DNA from: Bifidobacterium breve | GTDB taxonomy: Bacteria; Actinomycetota; Thermoleophilia; Solirubrobacterales; Solirubrobacteraceae | Length of the DNA: 64,000 nucleotides | Direction: 5' to 3' | NCBI GenBank assembly: GCA_945878865.1 | Contig: CAMCUD010000007.1 | Location: 80,227 to 144,226 of the forward strand | Notes under the pieces: model-generated | Seen by the model: only the letters and a program-made list of their open reading frames with translations | Told to the model about the DNA's origin: nothing | Databases searched by the model: none | Translations under genes and position numbers: made by a program | Part shown: positions 56,863 to 64,000 of the stretch, in pieces | How the letters are laid out: the number at the start of each line of letters is the position of its first letter | Numbering within the stretch: position 1 is the stretch's first letter

Positions 56863-59486
56863 CAGACCTCCTCGAGCTGGTCCAGCTCCGCGCGCAGGCG
56901 CGCGAGCTTGTCGCGCTCCTCCTGCACGACGGCCTCGGGCGCCTTGGCGACGAACTTCTCGTTGCCGAGCTTGCCCTCCGCGCGCTTGATCTCGGCCTGC
57001 AGCTTCTTGCGCTCCGCCTCGACCCGCGCGCTCGCGGCCTGGAGGTCGACCTCGTCGCTGGGAAGCAGGTCGACCGCGCCGCCGGGCACCGCCACACCGG
57101 CGATGGCCGCTCCGCCGTCAGCACCGACGAGGTCGAGCCGGGCGAGGCCAGCCACGAGCGGAGCCACGTCCTCGTAGCCGGCGGGCAGCCGGGCGGGCAG
57201 CACCGCGCCGGGGCGGACGCCGACCCGGTCACGCCAGCCACGGACGGCGGTGACGGCGCCGATCGCGCGGGCGACCGCCGTCTCGGCCTCGTCGTCGACG
57301 AGCGCATCGTCGGGCGTCGGGAACGTCCCGCCCGCGAGCAGCTCGACATCGCCGCGCACGCCCTCGGGCAGCAGCGACCACAGCTCCTCGGTGACGAACG
57401 GGATCACCGGATGGGCCAGCGCGAGCGTCTCGCGCACGACGTGCAGCAGCGTCGCCGACACGTCGGCCTTGGCCTGCTCGTCCTCGCCGTACAGGCGCGG
57501 CTTGACCATCTCCAGGTACCAGTCGCACAGCTCGTCGAAGACGAACTCGTAGAGACCGAGAGCCGCCTTGGCGAAGTCGAACCCGTCGATCCGGGCGGTG
57601 AGCTCCGCCTTGGCGCGCTGCAGGCGCGAGAGCATCCAGCGGTCCTCGATCGTGCGCGGGCGCGGCGCGGCCTCGGCGTCCGCGTCGACCTGCAACAGCA
57701 CGAAACGCGACGCGTTGAAGAGCTTGTTGGCCAGCGCGCGGCCCTGCTCGATCTTCTCCTCGGAGAAGCGGACGTCCTGCGTGGAGGACATCGCCAGCAG
57801 GCCGAAGCGCACGGCGTCGGCGCCGTAGGCGGGGAACTCCCCACCCTGCTTGAAGACGGGAGGCCGCTCGCCGCCGTCGATGAGGTCGAGCGGGTCGATG
57901 CCGGTGCCCAGCGACTTGCTCATCCGGCGGCCGTCGGGCGCTTGGATGACCGAGTGGATGTAGACGTCCTCGAACGGGATCTCCCCGGGGAAGCGCAGGC
58001 CCATCATCACCATGCGCGCCACCCACAGGAAGAGGATGTCGCGCGCCGTGCTCAGCACGTTCGTCGGGTAAAAGGCCTGCAAAGAAGCTGTTTCCTCGGG
58101 CCAGCCGAGCGTCGCGAACGGCCACAGCGCGCTGGAGAACCACGTGTCGAGGACGTCCGGGTCGCGCTCCCAGCCCTCACCCTCGGGCGGGGTCGTCCCG
58201 ACGTAGGTCTCCTCACCGCGGTACCAGACGGGGATCTGGTGGCCCCACCACAGCTGGCGGCTGATGCACCACGGCCGGATGTTCTCCAGCCAGTCGAGGT
58301 AACGCCGCGACTGGGACTCCGGGTGGATCGTGACCTTGCCCTCGCGCACGACGTCGATCGCCGGCTGCGCCAGGCCGCCCATGTTCATGAACCACTGCAG
58401 GCTGATGAGCGGCTCGATCCGCGCGCCCGACCGATGACTGAACGGCACGGTGTGGACGTACTCGTCCTCGGCGCGCAGGCTGCCGTCCTCGCGCAGGCGT
58501 GCCACGACGGCGGCCTGGGCGTCGGCGACGGTCATCCCGGCGAACGCCTCCCCCGCAGCGTCGGTCATGCGGCCGTCCTCCCCGATGACGGAGATCTCCT
58601 CGAGCCCGTGCTTGCGGCCGATCTCGAAGTCGTTGGGGTCGTGGCCTGGTGTGATCTTCAGGCAGCCCGTGCCGAAGTCGGTCTTCACGTACTCGTCGGC
58701 GATGACCGGCAGGCGCCGCCCGACGATCGGCAGGACGACCTCCTTGCCGATGAACGCCTGGTAGCGCTCGTCGTCGGGATGCACGGCGACGGCGGTGTCG
58801 GCGAGCATCGTCTCGGGGCGCACGGTGGCGACCACGAGCTCGCCGCTGCCGTCGGCCAGCGGATAGGCGATCGAGTAGAGCGTGTCGACGATCCCCTCGC
58901 GCTCCTCGACCTCCAGGTCGGAGACCGCGGTCTGCAGCCCGGGATCCCAGTTGACCATGTAGTTGTCGCGGTAGATCAGGCCCTGCTCGTAGAGGTCGAC
59001 GAAGACCTTCAGCACGGCCTCGACGTAGCCCTCGTCCATCGTGAAGCGCTCGTCGTCGAAGTCGCACGACGCGCCCAGGCGCTTGAACTGCTCGATGATC
59101 GTGCCGCCGAACTCCTCGCGCCACTCCCACACCCGGCGGGTGAACTCCTCGCGGCCGACCGCCTCCCGGCTCGTGCCCTCGCCCTCCAGGCGCTTCTCGA
59201 CCTGGCGCTGCGTGGCGATCCCGGCGTGATCGGTGCCGAGGATCCACTTCGTGTTGCGCCCGCGCATGCGGTTCAGGCGGATGAGCGTGTCCTGGATCGA
59301 TCCGTTCAGCGCGTGCCCCATGTGCAGCGCGCCCGTGACGTTGGGCGGCGGGATCGCGATCGAGTAGTTCTCCTCCGGTGTGCCCTCGGGCTCGGGGGTG
59401 AACAGCCCCGAGTCGAGCCAGCGCTGCGTGATGCGCGGCTCGACCTCGGACGGTTCGTAGCGGGTGCGGTCGCGAAGGTCGGCCAT
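56862..59486 (-). CDS. valS: valine--tRNA ligase
   Basis: 874 aa with PPPNVTGALHMGHAL, RMSKSLG and a C-terminal coiled coil. Confidence 0.97.
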   Translation of the reverse strand: MADLRDRTRYEPSEVEPRITQRWLDSGLFTPEPEGTPEENYSIAIPPPNVTGALHMGHALNGSIQDTLIRLNRMRGRNTKWILGTDHAGIATQRQVEKRLEGEGTSREAVGREEFTRRVWEWREEFGGTIIEQFKRLGASCDFDDERFTMDEGYVEAVLKVFVDLYEQGLIYRDNYMVNWDPGLQTAVSDLEVEEREGIVDTLYSIAYPLADGSGELVVATVRPETMLADTAVAVHPDDERYQAFIGKEVVLPIVGRRLPVIADEYVKTDFGTGCLKITPGHDPNDFEIGRKHGLEEISVIGEDGRMTDAAGEAFAGMTVADAQAAVVARLREDGSLRAEDEYVHTVPFSHRSGARIEPLISLQWFMNMGGLAQPAIDVVREGKVTIHPESQSRRYLDWLENIRPWCISRQLWWGHQIPVWYRGEETYVGTTPPEGEGWERDPDVLDTWFSSALWPFATLGWPEETASLQAFYPTNVLSTARDILFLWVARMVMMGLRFPGEIPFEDVYIHSVIQAPDGRRMSKSLGTGIDPLDLIDGGERPPVFKQGGEFPAYGADAVRFGLLAMSSTQDVRFSEEKIEQGRALANKLFNASRFVLLQVDADAEAAPRPRTIEDRWMLSRLQRAKAELTARIDGFDFAKAALGLYEFVFDELCDWYLEMVKPRLYGEDEQAKADVSATLLHVVRETLALAHPVIPFVTEELWSLLPEGVRGDVELLAGGTFPTPDDALVDDEAETAVARAIGAVTAVRGWRDRVGVRPGAVLPARLPAGYEDVAPLVAGLARLDLVGADGGAAIAGVAVPGGAVDLLPSDEVDLQAASARVEAERKKLQAEIKRAEGKLGNEKFVAKAPEAVVQEERDKLARLRAELDQLEEV

Positions 59487-59508
59487 GGGCCGCGTGAGTC
59501 TAGACCGG

Positions 59509-59820
59509 CTAGAAGCCGCGGCGCTTGGTCGCGCGGCGCAGCGCGAAACGCCGCGCGTGCGGGAGCAGGTCGCGCCCGACGGCGGCCGGCTCGAGCTTGC
59601 GCACCAGCACGCTCAGGCGCTGGCGCTCGTGCGCGGACAGGTTGCTCGGGCGGCCCTTGCTCTTCTTGACGATGTCGGAGAGCTCGGCGCGGTCATGCGG
59701 GTTCAGCCGCATCCAGCGGTCGCGCAGGACCATCGCGACCTCGAGAAGAAGCGCCCACGGGATCGCCTTGACCGACCCGGGGACGCCGCGCTTGGCAGGG
59801 GTGGACGACATGCACCCCAT
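59509..59820 (-). CDS. small basic hypothetical protein
   Basis: 100-103 aa (ATG 59811 or 59820), helical and Arg/Lys-rich, with coding-like GC3. The track ORF 59509..60795 over-extends. Confidence 0.55.
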   Translation of the reverse strand: MGCMSSTPAKRGVPGSVKAIPWALLLEVAMVLRDRWMRLNPHDRAELSDIVKKSKGRPSNLSAHERQRLSVLVRKLEPAAVGRDLLPHARRFALRRATKRRGF

Positions 59821-59843
59821 GGTACGGCGTCGGCCGGTCCGGC

Positions 59844-60467
59844 TCAGAGCTCGAGGATCCGCACGAGGTGGTTGCGCGCAAACGCCCGGGCGGCCTCGTC
59901 GTCGTCGAAGTCGACGAGACCGCCGGGGGCGATCGCCAACGAGATCACGACGCGCGACGCGACGTCGGCGGCGACGAGCATCTCGTCGTAGGACCGGCCG
60001 TCGTCGAGCTCGGCCACCATGCGCGCCGCCACGAACGCCCGGCCGAGATCGAGGAACGGCGCGCCGTCGCCGATGAGGTGCGGCAGGACCTCGTCGGGCT
60101 CGCTCTCCAGCAGCCGGGTGAACAGCCCGTGCGACCGCGCGGTGCGCAGCGTGAAGACGAACCCCTCGGTCAGCTGATCCTCCGGGTGCTCGAACGGCGC
60201 CATCGCGGCGGCGAGGTCGGCCTGGAACCGGCGCAGCTCGCGCAGCACGACCGCCTCGACCAGCGCGTCCTTGCCCGGGAAGCGCCGGTACACGGTGACG
60301 CGCGCGACCTTCGCGCGCTTGGCGATGTCCTCGACCGTGGACTTCGCGATACCGAAGAGCTCGAACTGGCGCAGCGCGGCGTCGAGCACCGCTTCGGCGA
60401 TGGCGTCGTCGTCCGGCCATGCCTGCTCGGCGGCGGCCTGAAGCACGCGCTGGGCGAGATCGCTCAT
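59844..60467 (-). CDS. TetR/AcrR family transcriptional regulator
   Basis: 207 aa with HTH FGIAKSTVEDIAKRAKVARVTVYRRFPGKDAL. Confidence 0.92.
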   Translation of the reverse strand: MSDLAQRVLQAAAEQAWPDDDAIAEAVLDAALRQFELFGIAKSTVEDIAKRAKVARVTVYRRFPGKDALVEAVVLRELRRFQADLAAAMAPFEHPEDQLTEGFVFTLRTARSHGLFTRLLESEPDEVLPHLIGDGAPFLDLGRAFVAARMVAELDDGRSYDEMLVAADVASRVVISLAIAPGGLVDFDDDEAARAFARNHLVRILEL

Positions 60468-60496
60468 GCCGGAGCAGCGTAGGCGCGCTGGCAGGG

Positions 60497-60523
60497 AGAT
60501 ACAAACATACGGAAAGTGTATCT
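60497..60523. promoter_or_regulatory. candidate TetR operator
   Basis: 7-bp inverted repeat AGATACA-N13-TGTATCT in a locally AT-rich 65-nt divergent intergenic region. Confidence 0.5.
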
Positions 60524-60532
60524 TGCGTTCCC

Positions 60533-61288
60533 ATGTACGACGAGCAGCAGTTCCAAGCGGCGCTGAAGCAACCCCGCCTGCGCGGCCCGATCCCCGAGTA
60601 CCTGGACGCCAACCGCGGCGAGCCGATCCGCGTCATCCAGGAGCACGAGCTGCAGGCGCAGACCGCCGCCTGGTTCGAGATGTTCGACCGCAAGCTCGAG
60701 CAGTACGGCAAGGCGTTCGGCCAGGACCTCGGCTGGCTCATGGAGTGGGCGAAGAAGTACTGGTGGAGCTTCCTCGTGCGCGACATGAGCCACAACGACG
60801 AGCTCTATGCCCGGGACCTGCGCTACACCGACGTCTCCGCGTTCGGCCACACGATCGTCGGGATCGACGACTTCGTCACCTACAACTTCGCGTTCTTCGA
60901 CGCGATTCCCGACTGGCGCTACGACCCGCTGCCCGACCAGGTCTACCTCGACGTCTCCCCGGAGGGCCGGGTTCGCACCGTCATCCGCTACATCGGCAGC
61001 GGCCACTGGTCCGGGCCGCTGCGCATGCACCCGTACGACGACTCGGCCCCCATCGTCTACGGGACCGGCCGCTTCATCCAGTGCCCCGCCGTCGACCGCT
61101 ACCACTTCAACGAGGACGGGCTCATGGAAGAGGGCGAGACGCTCTACGACCTCATCGACGGCACCCAGCGCGCAGGGGTCCTCCCCCGCGGCGACAGCTG
61201 GCAGTTCAAACTGCTCTTCGGCGCGTCGCGCGTGCCCGCGCTCGTCGACGACGTCAAGCGCCGCATCGGGATGGGGGCTGCGGCATGA
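60533..61288 (+). CDS. hypothetical protein, possibly NTF2/SnoaL-like fold
   Basis: 251 aa from ATG 60533, Trp/Tyr-rich (WLMEWAKKYWWSF). It is the first gene of the operon divergent from tetR. Confidence 0.65.
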   Translation: MYDEQQFQAALKQPRLRGPIPEYLDANRGEPIRVIQEHELQAQTAAWFEMFDRKLEQYGKAFGQDLGWLMEWAKKYWWSFLVRDMSHNDELYARDLRYTDVSAFGHTIVGIDDFVTYNFAFFDAIPDWRYDPLPDQVYLDVSPEGRVRTVIRYIGSGHWSGPLRMHPYDDSAPIVYGTGRFIQCPAVDRYHFNEDGLMEEGETLYDLIDGTQRAGVLPRGDSWQFKLLFGASRVPALVDDVKRRIGMGAAA

Positions 61289-61947
61289 GCGCGCCCGCGA
61301 CCCCGCAGGCGCTGACCGCCACCGACGACGCCGTCCGGCTTGCCGAGCTGCGCGCGCTCGCCGAGACGAAGCCGCAGTCCGCGCGCACGGCCGCCTGGAC
61401 GTGGCTGACGTCGCTCGACACCAGGAAGGACGCCGACCACCTCGACGCGCTGTTCCGGCTGGGCACCGCCCCCGCGGCCATCGACGGGGACGGCGAGGGC
61501 GCCGTCCTCGGGCTGTTCGGCACGCCGTTCATGGGCTTCGTCGACCGGGCGGTCCGCCTCGGTCGCGTGCTGGGCGGGATCGGCTGGACCGGGAAGTCCT
61601 TCGACGGCCAGGCCGGCACGGGCTACAACCGGCTGACGCGCACCGCGCGCCTGCCGATGTTCTTCGTCATGCCGCGCTACGGCTTCAGCGTGCGCGGCGG
61701 GGAGCTCATCGGCTTTCGCTTCGACCACCGGGTCGAACCGTCACCCGCGGACCCGGACCTCGAGGTCCGGGCGGTGATCTACGAGAATCATGCGTACGGC
61801 AACCCGCTCATGCTTCCACGCACGCGCGACGAGCTCGTCGAGCTCGTGCCCGGATGCATGCTCGGCCGAGCGCTGCTCCAGCCCGAAGGCGGACCGTGGG
61901 AGACCATCGCGTACTTCGCCCTGCGCTTCCCGCGGGAGGACCGGTAG
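61285..61947 (+). CDS. hypothetical protein (possibly GXWXG/DUF4334-like)
   Basis: 220 aa. ATG 61285 overlaps the upstream stop (ATGA). GIGWTGKSFD and the C-terminal LGRALL..AYFALRF pattern hint weakly at that family. Confidence 0.6.
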   Translation: MSAPATPQALTATDDAVRLAELRALAETKPQSARTAAWTWLTSLDTRKDADHLDALFRLGTAPAAIDGDGEGAVLGLFGTPFMGFVDRAVRLGRVLGGIGWTGKSFDGQAGTGYNRLTRTARLPMFFVMPRYGFSVRGGELIGFRFDHRVEPSPADPDLEVRAVIYENHAYGNPLMLPRTRDELVELVPGCMLGRALLQPEGGPWETIAYFALRFPREDR

Positions 61948-62751
61948 ATGGCCGTCGACCTCAATGGCGCGGTCGCGTGCGTGACGGGCGGCGAGCGGGG
62001 CATCGGTCTCGCCACCGCCGAGCTCCTTGTGCGGCGCGGCGCGCGCGTCGTCGTCGGTGACCTCGACGGCGACCTCGCCGCGCAGGCGGCCTCGCGCATC
62101 GGCGCCACCGGCCTGCCGCTCGACGTCGCCGACCCCGCGTCCTTCGCCGCGTTCCTCGACACGGCGAAGGAGCACGGCGACATCGACGTCCTCGTCAACA
62201 ACGCCGGCATCATGCGCACCGGTCCGTTCGCCGAGCAGGATCCGGCGTCGCAGCAGCGCGAGCTGGCGATCAACCTCGGCGGGGTCATCACCGGCATGCG
62301 GCTCGTGCTGCCCGACATGCTCGCGCGTGACCACGGCCACATCGCCAACGTCGCATCGATGGCCGGGAAGATCACGACGCCGGGCGCGTCGATCTACACC
62401 GCGACGAAGACCGGCGTCGTGGCCCTCTCGCGCGCCGTCCGCGCCGAGATCGCCGGCAGCCACGTGACCGTGAGCACCATCCTCCCCGCCGCGGTGAAGA
62501 CCGAGCTCACGGCCGGGCTGGACACGAGCCTCATGCCGCTCTCCGATCCGTCGTCGGTCGCCGAGGCGATCGTCGGGTCCTGCCGCCACGGTCGGGCCGA
62601 GGTCGGCGTGCCCCGGTGGATCCCGGCGGTGGGCCAGTTCGTCGAGGTGCTGCCCGAGCCCGTCGGGGAGGCGGCCAAGCGCGCCGCGGGCGCCCAACGA
62701 CGGCTCACGCCTGACACCCTGCAGGCGCGGGCGTACCAGGAGCGGCTATAG
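61948..62751 (+). CDS. SDR family oxidoreductase
   Basis: 267 aa. The ATG immediately follows the upstream TAG. Motifs VTGGERGIG, NNAG and YTATKTG are present. Confidence 0.88.
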   Translation: MAVDLNGAVACVTGGERGIGLATAELLVRRGARVVVGDLDGDLAAQAASRIGATGLPLDVADPASFAAFLDTAKEHGDIDVLVNNAGIMRTGPFAEQDPASQQRELAINLGGVITGMRLVLPDMLARDHGHIANVASMAGKITTPGASIYTATKTGVVALSRAVRAEIAGSHVTVSTILPAAVKTELTAGLDTSLMPLSDPSSVAEAIVGSCRHGRAEVGVPRWIPAVGQFVEVLPEPVGEAAKRAAGAQRRLTPDTLQARAYQERL

Positions 62752-62758
62752 CGTTCCA

Positions 62759-62784
62759 GCGATATCGCGTCTGCGCGATATTCT
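62759..62784 (+). promoter_or_regulatory. candidate promoter/operator of the XRE-NTase pair
   Basis: 10-bp palindrome GCGATATCGC at 62759-62768 and a second GCGATAT at 62775-62781. A -10-like GATATT/TATTCT ends about 8-10 nt before GTG 62792, which suggests a leaderless transcript. Confidence 0.4.
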
Positions 62785-62791
62785 GTGCCGA

Positions 62792-63121
62792 GTGTCGCGC
62801 GCTTCGCACCTCATCCGCACAGCCCGTCAGGAGGCGGGCCTGACGCAGGCCGAACTCGCGCAGCGCGCCGGTATGACCCAATCCATGATCGCCCGCATGG
62901 AACGCCCGGGCGCGAACCCCACCGTGGACTCCGTCGAAGCCGTGCTCGGCGCGATGCACCGTGGGCTCGCGCTGACACCCACACCCCGCCTGCCCGACGT
63001 GGATGAGACACAGATCGTCGCTCGGCTCAAGCTCACCCCCGCCGAACGGCTCGCGACGTTCGAGGCCAGCCAACGCAACCTCCTCGACCTCCTCGCGACT
63101 GCTCGCCGTATCGATGCCTGA
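62792..63121 (+). CDS. XRE-family helix-turn-helix protein (antitoxin-like)
   Basis: 109 aa with GTG start and HTH LIRTARQEAGLTQAELAQRAGMTQSMIARMER. Confidence 0.8.
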   Translation: MSRASHLIRTARQEAGLTQAELAQRAGMTQSMIARMERPGANPTVDSVEAVLGAMHRGLALTPTPRLPDVDETQIVARLKLTPAERLATFEASQRNLLDLLATARRIDA

Positions 63122-63608
63122 GCGACGAGCGCTCCACGCGAAGGACATCCTCGGCGTGCTGACCGCGCATCGCGTTGATTTCGTCGTCATCGGCGGGATC
63201 GCGCTGATCCTCCACGGTTCGGCGCGCAACACCTTCGACGTCGACGTGTGCTTCGCCGGAGATGACGAAAACCTCGCCGCGTTCGGCAGCGCGCTGACGG
63301 AGCTCGGCGCTTCCCTGCGTGGTGTTGCCGAGAGCGCGCCGTTCACCCCTGACGCCCGAACCCTTCGACAGATCGAAGTGCTCACGCTCGAGACGCCGAA
63401 GGGTGAGCTCGACGTGCTCGCCCGTCCGGCTGGGGCCCCCGCCTATCGGGTGCTCCGCGAGGAAGCCGAGCGCGTCGATCTCGGAGGATTCGCAGTCCGC
63501 GTCGCCTCGCTCGACCATCTCCTCGCGATGAAGCGCGCCGCGGGACGCGCGAAAGACCTGGCTGACGTCGCCGAGTTGGAGACGATCAAGCGCCTGCGCC
63601 GGCGCTGA
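63114..63608 (+). CDS. minimal nucleotidyltransferase-fold protein (AbiEii/DUF6036-like)
   Basis: 164 aa. ATG 63114 overlaps the upstream gene by 8 nt. The NTase-like motif is VVIGGIALILHGSARNTFDVDVCF. Confidence 0.7.
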   Translation: MPERRALHAKDILGVLTAHRVDFVVIGGIALILHGSARNTFDVDVCFAGDDENLAAFGSALTELGASLRGVAESAPFTPDARTLRQIEVLTLETPKGELDVLARPAGAPAYRVLREEAERVDLGGFAVRVASLDHLLAMKRAAGRAKDLADVAELETIKRLRRR

Positions 63609-63612
63609 ACGG

Positions 63613-64000
63613 CTAGGCCGATTCGGCCTGCTGCTCGCCCGCGTCCTCGTCGTCCACCGCGGCGGTGACGAGGGTCGGCGGGTGGCCCTTCTCGATGGTC
63701 TCCTTCGTCACGACGCACTTCTTGACGTCGCGGCGTGAGGGCAGCTCGAACTGCACCTCCAGGAGGATCTCCTCGATGATGGACCGCAGGCCGCGGGCGC
63801 CGGTCTCGCGCTCCAGGGCGCGGTCGGCGATCGCGTTGAGGGCCTCGTCGCTGAAGACGAGCTCGATCCCGTCGAACTGGAAGAACCGCTGGAACTGCTT
63901 GACGAGCGCGTTGCGCGGCTCGGTGAGGATCGTGATGAGGTCGTCGCGCGTGAGCTGGTGCACGGCGCTCATGACCGGCAGGCGGCCGATGAACTCCGGG
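63613..64000 (-). CDS. clpX: ATP-dependent Clp protease ATP-binding subunit ClpX (C-terminal part; 5' end outside window)
   Basis: [22 protein letters not shown] and [11 protein letters not shown]. The ORF is open to the window edge. Confidence 0.95.
   Translation of the reverse strand, partial: PEFIGRLPVMSAVHQLTRDDLITILTEPRNALVKQFQRFFQFDGIELVFSDEALNAIADRALERETGARGLRSIIEEILLEVQFELPSRRDVKKCVVTKETIEKGHPPTLVTAAVDDEDAGEQQAESA

Overview
This is a very GC-rich chromosomal segment (about 70% or more by eye) of actinobacterial type. It holds roughly 65 protein genes and one tRNA-Ala(GGC). I saw no rRNA, CRISPR array, transposase or integrase.

The backbone is the conserved actinobacterial housekeeping synteny block. 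Read right to left on the minus strand it runs clpX, valS, folC, ndk, maf, mreB-mreC-mreD, pbp2, rodA, rne, rplU, rpmA, obg, proB, proA, nadD, rsfS, then leuS, comEA, comEC, holA. These are followed by rpsT (+), murJ and lepA, with DUF1365-cfa at the left edge.

Small lineage-specific insertions sit between these anchors, and they are where the unexplained material lies:
- A tandem pair of internally duplicated [TM-GGDEF]x2 genes. The first keeps its catalytic motifs and the second has lost them.
- A PD-(D/E)XK endonuclease-like ORF with no stop codon before tRNA-Ala. It reads through the tRNA and its terminator.
- A 540-aa repetitive coiled-coil protein.
- An orphan 626-aa secreted protein.
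- An overlapping XRE-HTH / minimal nucleotidyltransferase pair next to clpX.
- An AbiEi-like wHTH-DUF559 gene preceded by a densely structured intergenic region.
- An orphan SARP-ATPase-TPR regulator island.
- A TetR-controlled three-gene operon of unknown function.
- A 32-nt direct repeat pair in an intergenic region.

I cannot point to one clearly novel multi-gene system. The candidates are ranked by interest in the findings.

Many long ORFs in the six-frame track are antisense shadow ORFs typical of high-GC DNA, and I rejected them.
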